Assembly (NCBI GenBank): GCA_033442325.1
Contig: JAWQFM010000023.1
Coordinates: forward strand, 1,087,908 to 1,151,907
Source: Salpingoeca rosetta
Taxonomy: Eukaryota > Protista > Choanoflagellata
Direction: 5' to 3'
DNA: 64,000 bases
Shown here: piece after piece, positions 29,230 to 43,286 of the stretch
Position numbering within the stretch: the stretch's first letter is position 1
Layout: each line of letters starts with the position of its first letter
The notes under the pieces: model-generated
Told to the model about the DNA's origin: nothing
Database searches by the model: none
Seen by the model: the letters and a program-made list of their open reading frames with translations, nothing else
Translations under genes and position numbers: made by a program

Positions 29230-32200
29230 TATGGGGTGGGGGAGGAACAAGAAGAAGAAGACAACGCCCATCACAGCAGGCGCTGGCGATGGTGCTGGTG
29301 GCGACGGGGCAAGTGGCGATGGACAGGTGGCGCAGGCGGCAGCAGCCTCGTTTCACCGTGCGTTCGCTGACCTTGACGGTGACGACATGGACAGCAGTTC
29401 CGCTGCTCCGTTTGATTCCAGCGACATGGGCAGCAGCAGCAGCGATGACGAGGGCGACGGCAGCAACAAGAAGAAGAAGAAGAAGAAGAAGAAGAAGAAA
29501 AAGGACAAGAAGAAGCAGCAGCGTAAGAAGGGCAAGGGCGTGAAGAACAAGAAGAAGAAAGGAAAGCACCTCACACGACAAGTCAGCGTTGTCGCCACCA
29601 CACTTTCAAGCAACCCTGCATTCCAGGACGGGAAAGACAACAAGGTGGCAGTGGCGTCCGAGTGTGTGTGTGTGTGGGTGTGGGTGTGTGTGTCTGTGCG
29701 TGTGTGTCTGTGTGTATGTATGTGTGTGTGTGTCTGTATGTCTGCATGTCCACCTATATGCACTTGTGTGCACTTTGACGATCTTCATCTCCGTCCTTCT
29801 GTGTGCTGATTCGTTGTTCCACGGCCTTGCATCCCCCCTTATCTGCAAACGTGTGATCATACATGCTCACGCGTTGGCCACGTTGTGTATGCGCGCAGAA
29901 AAACAACCGAAGGTCCACAGCCAGCACCGTCACGCCCAGCATGTCAGACGATCCAAAGGACTTTCAGTTCCAAGGTGCGTGCATGCGTGTGTGAGTGTGT
30001 TCGTGCACATGCTATCATGCCGATGAACTTTTGTTCATCATCTCACTCTGTCGTTTCATTTCTCATTTGCCTGCAATTCCCGCTCTCTTGCAGTTGGCGT
30101 CAATGCCAAGTGGCGTGCGTCTGAGCTTGCAGATTCTGGGCAGTGGCAAAACGCTCGCGACATGTACCTTGTCGCTGTTGAAAAGTGAGCGTGTGCGTGG
30201 GGGTGCAGTGATCGGGCATGTGTGTTTGTCCTTGCTGCATCGCTCCAAATCACCATCACCTGCACAACCACCTGTCCAACATTGACAACCTCCAACACAT
30301 TACTCACTCACTCACTCACTCACTCATTCAACTAACTCAACTCGCACACTCATTCAACTCACTCACTCACACACCCACACTCACTCACTCACTCACTCAC
30401 TCACTCGCTCACACACCCACACTCACTCACTCCCCCCTCCCAACACCCACACCCACACACACACGCACACACACTCACCCCCCCCCCGCCACATGATGTG
30501 CAGGTTTTCGTCGTGGTTGCAGCTGCACGGGAGCCCGCGCGACAGCAAACAGAAGCGCATGGCCATGCAGTACAAGGACGAGTGCGAGATGCTGGCCGAC
30601 GAGCTGAGTCGCGCATATGGACTGCCACCTTCGGCGGTCGTTCGCGGCGCTGCCCAATTCTTCGTCAAGTACTATGGCGTGATTGAGGACCTGACAGACT
30701 GGTCGTGCCTCTCGTCACGCTCGGAGGTGCTGGACGTCATTGACAGCGCCAAGTACGACGGCCTGCTGCCCTGGCGGCTGCCCAACACAGACATCTCCAT
30801 CCTCACCGTCTCCGTGTATGGGCTGAAGATCACGGACCAGATGATGTCTGAGCCACCGCTGATGCGAGAGCCCCTGTACGCCGTGGCCAGCTACAACTGC
30901 GTGCAGGAGGCGGAGGGGCATTTCGCCCTGCTGATCAAGACAGGTGACCCGGACACGGGCGAGTTCTTTGCGCACGTGCTTGAGATTGGCGACGAGCGAC
31001 GCGCCACAGAGGTGTGCTCGCTGATCGAGCGCATGATCGCCGAGGCATTCAAGCAGGCCCACCCCTTTGAGGAGGCGCACCCCGTCGACGACCTGCCGCC
31101 AGCGCCCCCGCTGCCGCCGCGCATGTACGCGTCAGATGACGTGGGCGGGTTCAGGAGCGACGACGACACGGGCGACTTCTTGCACACGGCAGGCCGCGGG
31201 TCAAGCATTGGCGGGGTCACCAGCGGAGGCAGCACACGCCGGTCGAAGCGGCTGGTGCGCGGCAGCAAGCGAGAGAAGTCCAAGGCAGCGTTGCTCGAGG
31301 AGACGGCGGCGTTCAAGCCCGTGCAGGCGTCGCAGGGCGCTGTTGGCGACATGGGCACGGTGATCGACTTCATGCAGCTGCTGCAGTCGGAACTTGACGA
31401 TGACGAGCTGTCTGAGTTTGCTGCCCTCATGCGCTCGTACCGTGCACTGCAGGGCGGCATTGGCATCATGCCGTTTTGCAACAAGTTCTATCGCCTGTGC
31501 GGACAGGACAGGCAGGACCTGTTCAAGGCCATCCGCCCCTTCATCAACAACGACCACCTGCCCAAGTTTGACGAGTTTGTGACGCTGCTGTTCCGCGGGC
31601 GCGAGTCGCCGCAGCCAACACCGACCGACACGGGGGCACGCCGCGTGTCTGCGCGCGGCTCCGGTGGCGCCGGTGCCCGCAGCAGAGGTAGCCGGGACGA
31701 GAGCAAGGGTGGTAGCAGCACGGCAATACACGAGGTTGAGCCTGGGGCGGACGATGTGGACACGGCAGATGTAGCCTCCATCGCCGTGGCGTCGAGGAAG
31801 GCATCACGCGATATTGCCGTCAGCACTCGCACCTCCCTCTCACAGGGCACCGCCGCAGCCGCTGTTCAGCCGTCCAGCAATGATGACACGAGCCCTAATG
31901 GCGATGCGCAAGCAACTGGCAGTGCATCCACAACAGCGCCACCTCCTCCACCTCCGCCACCGCCACCACCACCACCACCACCGCCACCACCGCCTGGCGG
32001 GTTGATTGCGGGGCCGTCGGCAACAGGGGCAGCAGCAGGCGGTGTGGAGAGGGGCAAGAGCGAGGATGAAGAGGAGGAGAAGGAGAAGGAGAAGGAGGAA
32101 GACGAGAAGAGTGGGGAGGAGCAAGCGGAGGGTGAGGAAGCGGAAATCGAGGAAGATGAGGAGAAGGAAGGGTCTGCAGCAACAGGCGCCGCGGTGCTTG

Positions 32201-34519
32201 CAGGCAAAGAGACAGCGCCATCTGCTGCTGCTGCACGTGAGCGCGTTCGGGCCGAGGCTGGACCTGACGTTGATGACGACGACGACGACGACGACGATGG
32301 TTTGGTACGCGCTGCGTTTAGTTTTAGTTTGGCTGTTGCGGGATCTTGTGCTTGTTGTCGCGCTTGCGTTCGGGGTTTTAGCTCTGCTTTGGTGTGCTCC
32401 TGGAGTCACTTCACGTCCTATCATCTCACCCCACCACTGCCACCACCACCACCACCACGACTACGTTTTTTTTTATTATTGCCGCCTGTGTGCCTGTTTG
32501 CTGTTCTCCAACAGGACCCAACCCTGAAGGCGTGGTTCAAGCGCAAGAAACGCCTCGAATCGTCCTCAGCGGGTGCAGATAAAGGCAACGATGACAGCAG
32601 CGACACCGCTGCTGTGCTGCCGCCGTGGGCTGCAGACGTGAGGCGACCGCTTGCTAATGTTGCTCGCGGCACGACGACAGGCACCACCATCCTCCCACCA
32701 GAACCGGTGCCAGTGCCGCAGCTGCGCCCGGCTACAACAGCAGCAGCCGCACAATACCAGCAGCCGCAACAACAACAGCAACAGGCAGCGTCAGCGTGGG
32801 GAGTTTCACAGCAACAGCAACAGCACCAGCAGCAGCAACAAGTGTTTGAGCAACAGCAGCAGCAGCAACAGCAGCAATCGCAGCAAGAATTGTTGCAGAA
32901 GCGAAGTCAGCTGGACAACATCTTGAACAAACGGACGCCTGGTGCAGTGCCACCGCCACCACCTCCCACACAACAGCAGCAAGCAGCCACATACGCCCAG
33001 CCATACCAACCGCAGTCGCAGGCATACCCGCCAACACAGCCAGTCTATCAGCCACCGCAACAACAACAGCAGCAGCAGGCTGGCTACCAGCAGGCATCGT
33101 ACTCACAACAGCAGCAGCCCGCATTCGCCGCGGCGACAGCAGCGGCACCGGTGTATGGGTCATCTTTGCAGGCAACACAGCCGTTTGCTGTGCAGGAGGC
33201 TGAAGGCACGCGGCCGCCGTGGCTACGGGAGGTGGAGGCGAACAAACAGCGACGACTCGATGCTTTACTCGGCAGCAGAAACCAACAGCAGCAACAACCG
33301 CAACAGCAACAGCAACACCAGCAACAATACCTGCAACAACAGCAGCAACAGCAACGTGTACAGAGCCGCCCACCACCGACCGCCGTCATGCCATCAACCA
33401 CCTCGGCAGCGCCGCCGCCACCACCACCAGCGTCATCGGCAGGGTTGGCCTCGTCGTCTGCGACCGCCGCTTCGCTTTCGAGCCCGTGGGCACTGCAGCG
33501 CATGAACCGGGAGCCAGCGCCGCCAAAGTTGACACAGCAACAGGCGCAACAGCAGCAACAGCAGCAACAGCAGCAGGCGCAGGCGTACAAGCCGCCGCCA
33601 CTGCAGGGCGAGCGGTCGCCCAATTGGATCAAGGTGTGTTTTTTTGTTTGTTTGTTTGTTTGTTTGTTTGTTTGTTTGTTTGTTTGTTTGTTTGTTTGTG
33701 TGTTTGTTTGTTTGTTTGTTTGTTTGTTTGTTTGTTTGTTTGTTTGTTTGTTTGTTTGTTTGTGTGTTTGTTTGTTTGTTTGTTTGTTTGTTTGTTTGTT
33801 TGCATCACCGCAAGCATGACCACGACCCCTCAACGCCACCTGCACCACCTCACCCTCCCTTGTGCCTCATCGCTTTCCACACCGCAGCTGGCGAAGGAGC
33901 GGCGGCAGCAGCGGTTGACTGAGCCCGACCGCCAGCGCGAGGCCGAGGAGGAGGCGGAGCAGCAGCGCTGGCAGGGCGTGCCCACGTGGAAACGCAAAGT
34001 GCTCGAGCGGAAGGAGGCAGAGGTACACGTGTTTGTTTGTTTGTTTTGTCAAGGCGCGTTTTTGTTGTCTTGTAACAACATATTCATCGCGTTTTCACGC
34101 GCTGCATGTCTTGCCTCGAAACGCTCGCGCTTGCCATGCACACACCATTCACTCATGATGCACCCACTCACACCCCTCGATCGTCTCCTCGACAGGCCAT
34201 GCTGCCAGCGCTGAAGCAGCAGGCCATCGACAACTACTGGCGGCAGCGGGAACAGGAGCTGTCCCATCTGCCAAACTTCAAGCGGGAGGTGATGATCAAG
34301 AAGGAGAAGGAGGAAGTCAAGCACGGCTTCAGGCGATTGCCACCCGAAATCTTCAAGAGCATCCAGGTGCCGGGCAAGAGTGCGCCAAGTGGCCCGCCAC
34401 CGCGCCTGCCGCAACAGCAGCAGCCACGACCACCAATGCCAGCACAACAGCAGCAGTCGTCATCATCGTCGAGCACGACGGGGAGTGGCGTCTTCCTCCC
34501 ACCGCCACCCCCAATTTGA
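29230..34519 (+). CDS. CCM2: CCM2/malcavernin-like adaptor (PTB + harmonin-homology domain) with long Pro/Gln-rich C-terminal extension
   Basis: PTB: VKYYGVI...SSRSEVLDVIDSAK...LTVSVYGLKI...LMREPLYAVA...LLIKTG (human CCM2 VKYLGQL...SSRTEILHFIDNAK...LSLSAYNVKL...LRVPIHDIA...VLKTA). HHD: FMQLLQSELDDDELSEFAALMRSYR...FCNKFYRLCGQDRQDLFKAIRPFI (human [21 protein letters not shown]...[24 protein letters not shown]). 5' exons approximate. Confidence 0.85.
33634..33801. repeat. (TTTG)n microsatellite in a CCM2-like intron
   Basis: Long TTTG run directly after the donor GT at ~33634. Confidence 0.93.
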
Positions 34520-34573
34520 TTCCACTCTTTTATCTCCTGACATGTACACACACACACACACCACACACACACA

Positions 34574-34651
<78 letters not shown>

Positions 34652-35406
34652 CCTCTCTCCTCTTCCTGCCTCATACCACCACATCACATTACCTGCACGC
34701 ACCTCTGTTGTCTTCCTCCTTTTATTCCGTGCTTCCTTCTGAGCCGTAATCGAGTTTGATTGTTCGCATGCCGTTTGCGTTTGTTGTCTTGTTCTCGCGC
34801 TTGTGCGCCTTGTACCCACACATAGCATGCACGACTGCCTGCGTGCGACTGTTGCTATTCAGCCCCGATATCTCTTCCACCCCCTGCTGGTGCTCACGAT
34901 GCGACTCTTGTTTGTATTTTGTCGCACGCACGCGGTCATTGGCGTCGTTTATTACACACACATACACACCCACGCGTTCGGCTAAGCCATAACCAAGGGC
35001 AGGAGAACAGGAGGGGGGGGGGCAAGCTCTACGAGCAACAAGGTAGAAGAAGGCTTGACATGATGATGATGCATGAACTGGATGGAGGGACGTGGAATGC
35101 GTGTTTGGTCGATTACAATCACAGAAACAAAGGGAGACGAGGAGGTGAGACCACGTTACGATGGACCGCCAAAGTTGTACTTCTTGTTCAGCTGCGCCTT
35201 GTGGTGTTCCATTGCACCTGTGTGTGAAATTGCGTACAATGTTGTGTGAGGCGATGAATGCAATGACAAGGGCTTGCAGTGGCGAAGAGTTGCACGACCA
35301 ACACACAAAGAACCCACAAGCAAGCAAGAGTGCTGCACAGGCATCGAAGCACCCCACAACGGACGGCACAAGCCAAGATACAACCCACAACAACCCAGAA
35401 CTGGTC

Positions 35407-38400
35407 TCAACACCAATGGCGCATCACATCATTCACAGCAGCAGCAGCAGACGCACCGCGCTGGATGGCGATCTCGCTCTCGAGGCGGTCCACCAAATCG
35501 GGAAAGACGGGGCGATGGGCAGGCGTCTGGTGCCAGCAACTCATCATCAACGCACGCATGCGGTCGTTTGCTGCTGACGGCGGCGATAGCCTGCAAGGGG
35601 GGGTCCGTGATGTGTTGATCGGGGAACACAGGGCGCATGCGAACTGTAAGCAAAGGAGTGAAAGCACACATACAAATGCACAAGCACACGCACACGCACA
35701 CGCACACGCACACGCACACGCACACACATACAACACACACGCGCACAACGCACACGCAGACAAACACACACACATACACACAAATAAGCACATGCACACA
35801 ATACAGCGCGCGACGTACCGTTGGCCTGACGATAGCATGGCCAGCACGTCTTGCTCCGACATGCCCGCGAACGGCTTCTGGCCATTGGTCAGCAGCTCCC
35901 ACATGACGACACCGAATGCCCACACATCCGTTGCTTTGGTCAAATCAGACGCCCCAGACAGCAGCTCAAGCGCCTGCATGAACAGATGAACGAACGTGAT
36001 GAAGGCGGGCATCAGCGAGGCGAATGCCAGCAGCACTTTGGCGAGTAAACATCAACACGTCGAGCCACACGCACACACATGTACGCACACACACTCAGAC
36101 ACACACACACGCACACGCACACGCACGCGCACACACACGTCCATTCGCACACGCATGCATACACACACCTTCCAAGGGAACTTGACGACGGGAAACGGCG
36201 ACTGGTAGCTGTCCAGACGGGCGAGGCGGTGGATCTTGACCTTCTTGCTTCGCGAGAGGAGCAGCATGTCAAGCTGCAGTGCACCGTTCATCACGCCATG
36301 CTCGTGCAAGTGCTGCATGCCATCTGCAATCTGCTGGGCAAAGTCGAGCAGATCCGGCACGCGCAGCTGTGGCCCCAGCGCGCGCCGCTCCCCTTCCTGC
36401 TGCACATACCGCTTCAGGTCACCCTGGTGATGGTGGTAGCGGTGATGGCGGTGGTTGTTGTGTTTGTGGCGTTGGCAAGATGCGTGATGAGATGTTTGTG
36501 GCGGGGAGGAGGGGAGTGCAAAGCGCGCGTGCACACGCACAAACAAACAAACAAACAACCAACCAACCAACCAACCAACCAAGCAACCAACCAACAAACC
36601 AACCCACCAACCAAGCAACCAAGCAACCAACAAACCAAGCAACCAAGCAACCAAGCAACCAACAAACCAAGCAACCAACCAAGCAACCAAGCAACCAACA
36701 AACAAACAAACAAAAAAACAAACACATAGACACACACATGGACCAGCAGAACTACCAAGACGCACCAGGTCTGATTTCTCGTGGAGGATGAGGACGGGGG
36801 CGCGCTGCGATGCAATGCCGAGCACCTCGATGATGTTCGGGTGGTGCAGCGCCCCAAGCACGCGCGCCTCAGCCACAAGCGAAGCGACATCAAACATGCG
36901 GTTGTTGGTGTGCAGGCGGTGGGCGATGACGGGCTGGCCCTTGAAGATTGCGTCATGCACAGCCCCAAAGCGACCGGTGGTGAGCGAGCGCCGGAAGATG
37001 ACTTGTGTCGGCCGTACCTCCAGCGACGGCAGGTCCGTGGCAGCAACCTGACCGACAGAGGAGCCATCAAAGCGCTTCTGCAGTACAAACGCCAGCTCTT
37101 CCTGCAGCGTTGCGTTGGAGAGACGTGCCTCCTCCCCAGCCCTCACCCGCCGCTCAGCAGCCCGCCACAGCAGCACGGCAGCAACCGCGCCAACCGCAAC
37201 CCCAGATAGTGCAGCAGCCACCATCCCACCATTGCTCACGGGCCGGCTCGACGACGACGATGATGACGATGATGATGATGATGATGATGTTGATGATGCT
37301 GATGATGATGCCTGGGTAGAGCTATCCTCCACAGCGTCCACGGCAGCCGTGAGGACTTCAATCACAATACCGGGCCCCTCTCCAGCTTCTGTACGCGCTG
37401 TCACGTTGAGCGAGAACGCGCGTGCAGCCTGCAGGCCGTCCACCACCAGCACAAGCGGCTCAGCGCCAATACCGCCACCAGGCAGCCGCGCTGCGGGGAG
37501 CGCAGCGGCGGCGATGGGGCGCGTGCTGTTGTCGGTGACTGTGCTGAGGTGCACGCGGTACGCCAGCAGCACGCCATTGAGCGGATCCGGTGGCGTCAGC
37601 TGCAGGGAGATGCTGCGCGTGGTTGTGTCTGTTGGGGACAGCCCGCTGGGCCGGCTTGGCGGCGCCTGCGCTGTCAGCACGTGGTAAGGGCGGGATCGAA
37701 GCTGGTTGTTGTGGAAGGTGAAGGCGTATGTGGTGTACGGCAGCAGAGATGCGCGCACGTTGACGGTGGCCTGGTCCCTGCTGATGGAGGCAACGTTTGC
37801 GCGCGGCGCGAGCGTGGTGCGGTTGTTCGAATCACGCACCACCCAAAACGTAGACCCCGTGATCTGAAGCTCCTGCGCCAGGAGAAAGCTCACGGACCCG
37901 TCACCTTCAATGGTGTGCGTGAGGATGACGGGTACAGACGTGAGCGAGAACTCAACGTTCTGTGTGCCGTTGATGGCGGTGGCAGGCGGGAGCGCGGACG
38001 TGTCGAGGTAGTGGAGGCACGATTGCTTGGCTGGCAGCCAGCACGACAGGAACAAGGGCCGCACTGCAACCTCAAATAGGCGGTTCACCCGCAAGTACAC
38101 GCCCGTTGATGTGACAATGTCCTCAAACACAGGCGTGCGCACACCGTACAGGGACAGGTCCTCTGCAAGCACGTGGTACGCGGCCGCGCGCGTGCCGTCC
38201 TGCAAAACAGTTGGCTCCCATTGCAGCCACACCGCGCGAGATTCGCTCTCTGGTCCGAGCGTGGTTGCCTCATTGAAGCGCACGCGTGCTACTCGTTGTG
38301 CTGCGCTGATGGAGGTGGCAGTCACGGGCAAAGAGCGGCGGGAAAGCGGCCCGAGAGACGGGTGGACCAACTGAACGCTGAAGCGATGGCGCGTGCCTGC

Positions 38401-41400
38401 AGGCAACTGCTGCACCAGCAATTCAAACGCAAGGACTTCAACATCTACATCATCGTCGTCGCCGTCGTCGTCGTTGCTGTTCGTAGGAGGCGTTGAGGTC
38501 ATGGCGCTGATGAGCTTTGACAGCAAGTATGGGCCACCGCGGCTGTCAGCATAGCACGGGGATGCGGTGAAGGTTGGAGTGGGCTGGGCACCGTTGCTCC
38601 CATTGTCACTTACATCGTTGGCACCGCTTGTGGTGTTGTCTCCATGCGAGGGCGAAACAGCAGCAGTCGGTGCCTCTGCTGACAGGGCAGGGATGGTGGT
38701 GATGGGCGCACCGTCGACAAAGACGCGGAAAAACAGCGACTGGAACGATACCGGCACGTTGACGCCCGTAAGCGTGGAGGCGACGTCTGCAAACGTGCTT
38801 GCAGGCACGGTCCATTGGAAGAGCACCTCGCTGGACGACAGCGGGCGTGCAATGACTGCGTCGAGGTTGGGCAGCAGCGGCGGTGTGTGGAAGGAGATGG
38901 CTGATGATGCCGCATGCCTGCAGGTGCTGTTTGCTGCGGTGGTGCTGGAGCCCACGCCGCTAACCCCAATGGTGACGGTGTACGTCGTGTCTGGCATCAG
39001 CTGCGAGAACACGAGCGTGAACCCGTCCCAGTCCCAAAACCCGCGGCCCCCGCTCAGCGCCACGTCGATGGTGGGTGGCGCACTGCCCGTTGCCGCCGTC
39101 TCCACCGCCACCACCGCACGCGTGGGCGCAACCTGCGACACGCTCGGGGCAACGCGAGCACAGCGGCACGCCACGGTGAGCGTACTCAGTGCCCAGCGGT
39201 CCAGCGTGAGCAGGGGCGCGCTGGCGGTGAGGGCGGGGGAGATTGGGGCGGTGTCGTTCGCCATGGTCGACGACGACGATGATGATGATGATGACGATGA
39301 TGATGATGACGACGATGATGCTGCTGATGATAGCGGGGCAATGGCGAGGAGGTCTGGGGATGCCAGCAGCGCCGTGATCGATTGCGGGAATGACAGGTCG
39401 GACACAGACGCAGCCATCACCGCAGCCGTGGGCGTGGTGTGCGTGCTAGCCATGTTGGCAGACCAGAGTATGTGCACCAGCATGATTCCATCGCCACTGA
39501 CCCACCGCTGCACACGCGCTACAGGTGTGATCAGGTCAGAGACACGCGCCACCACAATGTCCTCATCTGAAGCGTCAAAACTGCCACCACCGCTGCCGCT
39601 GCCGCTGTCCGTGGCGTTGGCGGTTGGGCCGGCAACGTGCAGCACGTACTCCGAGCACAGAGCCGGGTTTGAGGTTGCGCCATCCAGAAGTTCGCACACC
39701 GCAGACGCGAGCGGTGCTGCCGTTGCAGATGTGGTGGTGGTGGTGGTGTTGACCTGGCAGTCAGCAGGGCAGGATGTGGCGGGGAGCGCGCCGCAGCGGG
39801 CCGATGTTGGCGACTGGCACCGCCCGGCACCGTTCCATTCGCAGCGTGGCACGGGGCATGCCTCGCGGGTGAGGAATGTCGTGCATGAAGGGTGGGGTTG
39901 CCCCTGCAGCAGCGACGGCACAGGCGGCGTTCCCAGCGGCGCGAGGGCGAGCTTGTCGACAAACACGAGCGGCGCTGTTGGGTCTGCGACGTTGCGCAGG
40001 GACACGCTGAGGGAGGGCGCCTGCTGCATGGTGCCCGTCAGCGGGGTGAGGGCGAGCGTGCCTGCATGCACCCACGTCATGTCGCCGGTGCAAGGGATGA
40101 CGATGGGGATGGTGGGCTGGTGTGCGACGTGGTCGCGAGGGCCGAGAAGAACGGAGGACACGCGGTCGGCGAGCGGGGCGCAGCGGGCGTGCAGGTAGAG
40201 GCTGGCGCTCGCTTGCCCACGAAGGCCGTCGGCGAAGGGCGCACCCTGCTGGTTGATGAGCGCCGTCACAATCTGGGTGGAGAGGGTGCGGGTGGTGCGA
40301 AGGCCACGCAGCACCTGCCCACGGGTGGTGAAGGTGGCCACCTCCCACGCGGCCTCGCTCGCACCACGAAGCAACAGCGTCATCGTCTCCGCCTCAATGA
40401 CGGGGTGTGCAGGTGCACTGCCAGTCGGCTCAAAGCACGTGGCAGCGTCGCACGTGTGCACAGCGCGCAGCATCACGGCCGCTGTTCCACTCGACGGTGG
40501 CGCGGTGGCGGCTGCGGCTGCGGTGGCGGTGAAGCAGGAGTCGAATGCGGCCGTGACGGCAGCACCGGTAATGGCGCTGATGCAGCTGGTGTCCGTGAAG
40601 AAACGCCACTGCAGGCTGCCGTCTGCCCAGTCTGGCCGCACACTCGCAAACGACGCGTGCAGCGCGCTTGTTGGTGGCAGCGGCTGGCATTGCTCGGGGA
40701 CATAGCGGTGGCAGACGGTCGGCCCACCTGCGCTGCAGCGGGGGCGTGTACCGTACTCGCACAGCAGCACGGTTGGTGGGATTGGCGGTGGTAGTGCAGT
40801 TGCAGCTGTGGTGAGACGCGGGCCGTGCCCAGGCAGCACCGTGTCTGTGACCGCCTCCCAGTCCGCCAGAAGATCAACAGTCGGTGGCAGCGCAGTAGCT
40901 GTGGATGACAACGGTGATGAAGCTGTTGTCGTCGTGGATGCGAGCCATTCCGGGAGTGCAAGTGACACGGCCACGCCGGGGAGGTTACGTGTGGGCGGTG
41001 ATAAGGCAGCAACCCAGGTGGTGCCTGCGGTGATGGAGGCGTTGGTTGGATGTGTGGTGATGGCGTTGACGGCGACCGGTGTGGTTGCAGTCGCATCACC
41101 CGTGAACACGCTCGAGGGGGCAAGCGTCAGGCTGAGGGACGCAGCTGCCGGCGATGATGGCGATGATGGCGATGATGACGTGAGGACATGCGGCGGGGTG
41201 TAGTGGATGCGGTGGTCCTGGCGTGCACCGACGCCAACAGGGGAGGTGTCTTTGAGCAGGCCGATGGAGAAGGGCCAGGGATTGGTGCGCTGGTGGCCAA
41301 CAAACATCTGCTCTGCATCCACGCGCGCAACAGCGGCGTCCGTGCCTGAGGCGGTGGGAGGAAATGCAGAGGGAAATGGGAAGCGCGAGTGTTGATGTGA

Positions 41401-41461
41401 GCATAGGAGCGATAAGGGGTATGCGCAACTTTGTCTGCGTGACATGGGTGCAGGTTCTTCT

Positions 41462-41539
<78 letters not shown>

Positions 41540-42030
41540 GGGATGAAGGCGTGGAGCATGACGCGGACGACAGTGTATGGGGCGCGCAGAGTCGCTGATA
41601 CGCCGGCTGTCGAGACGTCAGCGATGGTGAAGAAGTCGGGCGTTGGCGGGGTGTTGATGCAGCAAAACGACAGCAGCGTCCATTGCACTGCGGGCACGCT
41701 TGCAAAGGGCGCGCGGAACGAGATGGCGGTTGTCCCAGTCACAAACGTGGCGGGACCAACCTCAGATACGCGCTCAGTCGTCTCTGAACGCACGGCACCA
41801 TGCACACGGGGTTGAAGATGGATGAAAGGTGAGATGATGAGAGAGGCGGTTCAAGTACGGGGACAATAGAGCAGTAAGGCACGCGGTGATGTTGCTTGTG
41901 CAAAACCAGGCGCTGGGTTGCCCACAGTACACCGGCAGCGAGAGCACATTGTACACGCTTTTGTGCACGGACGCATTGCAGGGACGCAAATATGGGCACA
42001 CAAGCTACTCCTCCTCCTCCTCCTCCTCCT

Positions 42031-42107
<77 letters not shown>

Positions 42108-43223
42108 ATACACACAACACACACACAACACAAACGCACGCACACAGCGAACGCACCGTTGCACCAGATACGCCTGGCTATGCTGGTGACGGTGGCGGAT
42201 GAGACAAGGCTACCATCCTGCCAGACGTGTGGCTCTGCCAGCGGGTTGGCAACGGGCGCAGTCACTGTGGTGGCGCCGATGCTGGAGGGTGGTGGGCCCA
42301 TTCCAAGGACCTCGCAAATGTTTGATGTTGCCGCGGATATGAGGGAGCCAGCCTTGCGCGGGTAGTCGATGGAGACGACGCCATCTGGCAGCCCAAGCAA
42401 GTTCGGCACAATGGAGGATCCGCGGTCGCACTGGTCGCACGCCAAGACGAAGATGAAGTCTGCTTGATTTCCAACAAACTGCAGGATGAGCGGGCTGCAC
42501 TCGTCAAGATGCAGGCCCTCTGCTCGGACACGGATGCCGTAGGGGTCGCCGGTGCACTCATCAGTGATGAACACCTGGTACGAGTACGTGTCGTTGTCGC
42601 GGTCCACGCGCACAAAGAGCTCCTCGAGGCCAAACTCTTCAAACGCGGTCGATGCGAATCGCGTGCACTCTCCAATCTGGAACAGCTGGCATGTTGGGCC
42701 GCGCGAGAAGTCGCAGTCGCGCTGTGCCTCAAATCCACACAGAAACACCTCCGTGATCCCGTCCACAGCATCTTGAAGGTGGCGAAGAGAGAGAGAGAGA
42801 GAGCGGCAGTGGGAAGGGGAGGCAAAGTAAACACGTGAGCGGAGGAGGGAGGATGAAGGAGGTTGTGAATATGTGTGTGTGTGTGTGCGTGTGTGTCTGT
42901 CTGTGTGTGTGTGTGTGTGTGTGTCTGTGTGTGTGTCTGTGTGTCTGTGTGTGTGTGTCTGTGTGTCTGTGTGTCTGTGTGTGTGTGTGCATTTTTGTTT
43001 TGCGTTTCGATTTGAACAGTGTGACCAATCAAGAACAGGTGAAAAAAGAAACAGCCAAACAGCGCAAGCGCGCGTGCTGAAACAATGCCGTGTTGTCATC
43101 GTCACCTTGAGCGGACGCGGGCGCGGGTGCAAATGCTAGAAGCACTGCGGAGACGACGCATGCAGCCAGCAGCAGCTTCTTGTGAAGAGCAGCGCTCGTT
43201 CCGCCGCGGCGGCTCATCATCAT
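35407..43223 (-). CDS. Single-pass receptor tyrosine kinase-like protein, predicted pseudokinase: signal peptide, Cys-rich modules, FN3 repeats, TM, TK-fold domain
   Basis: Signal peptide [22 protein letters not shown]; FN3 motifs ([45 protein letters not shown]); [24 protein letters not shown]; kinase fold [32 protein letters not shown]|[36 protein letters not shown]. Confidence 0.88.
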
Positions 43224-43286
43224 CGCTACAGCTTGTGGTGTCGAAGAATGACGCAACTGGATTCAGTTGCGGATTTGTTGTTGCTG

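Noticed and set aside
38567-40198. 543-aa plus-strand ORF
   Set aside because: Antisense shadow of the receptor's large exon, with no independent motifs.
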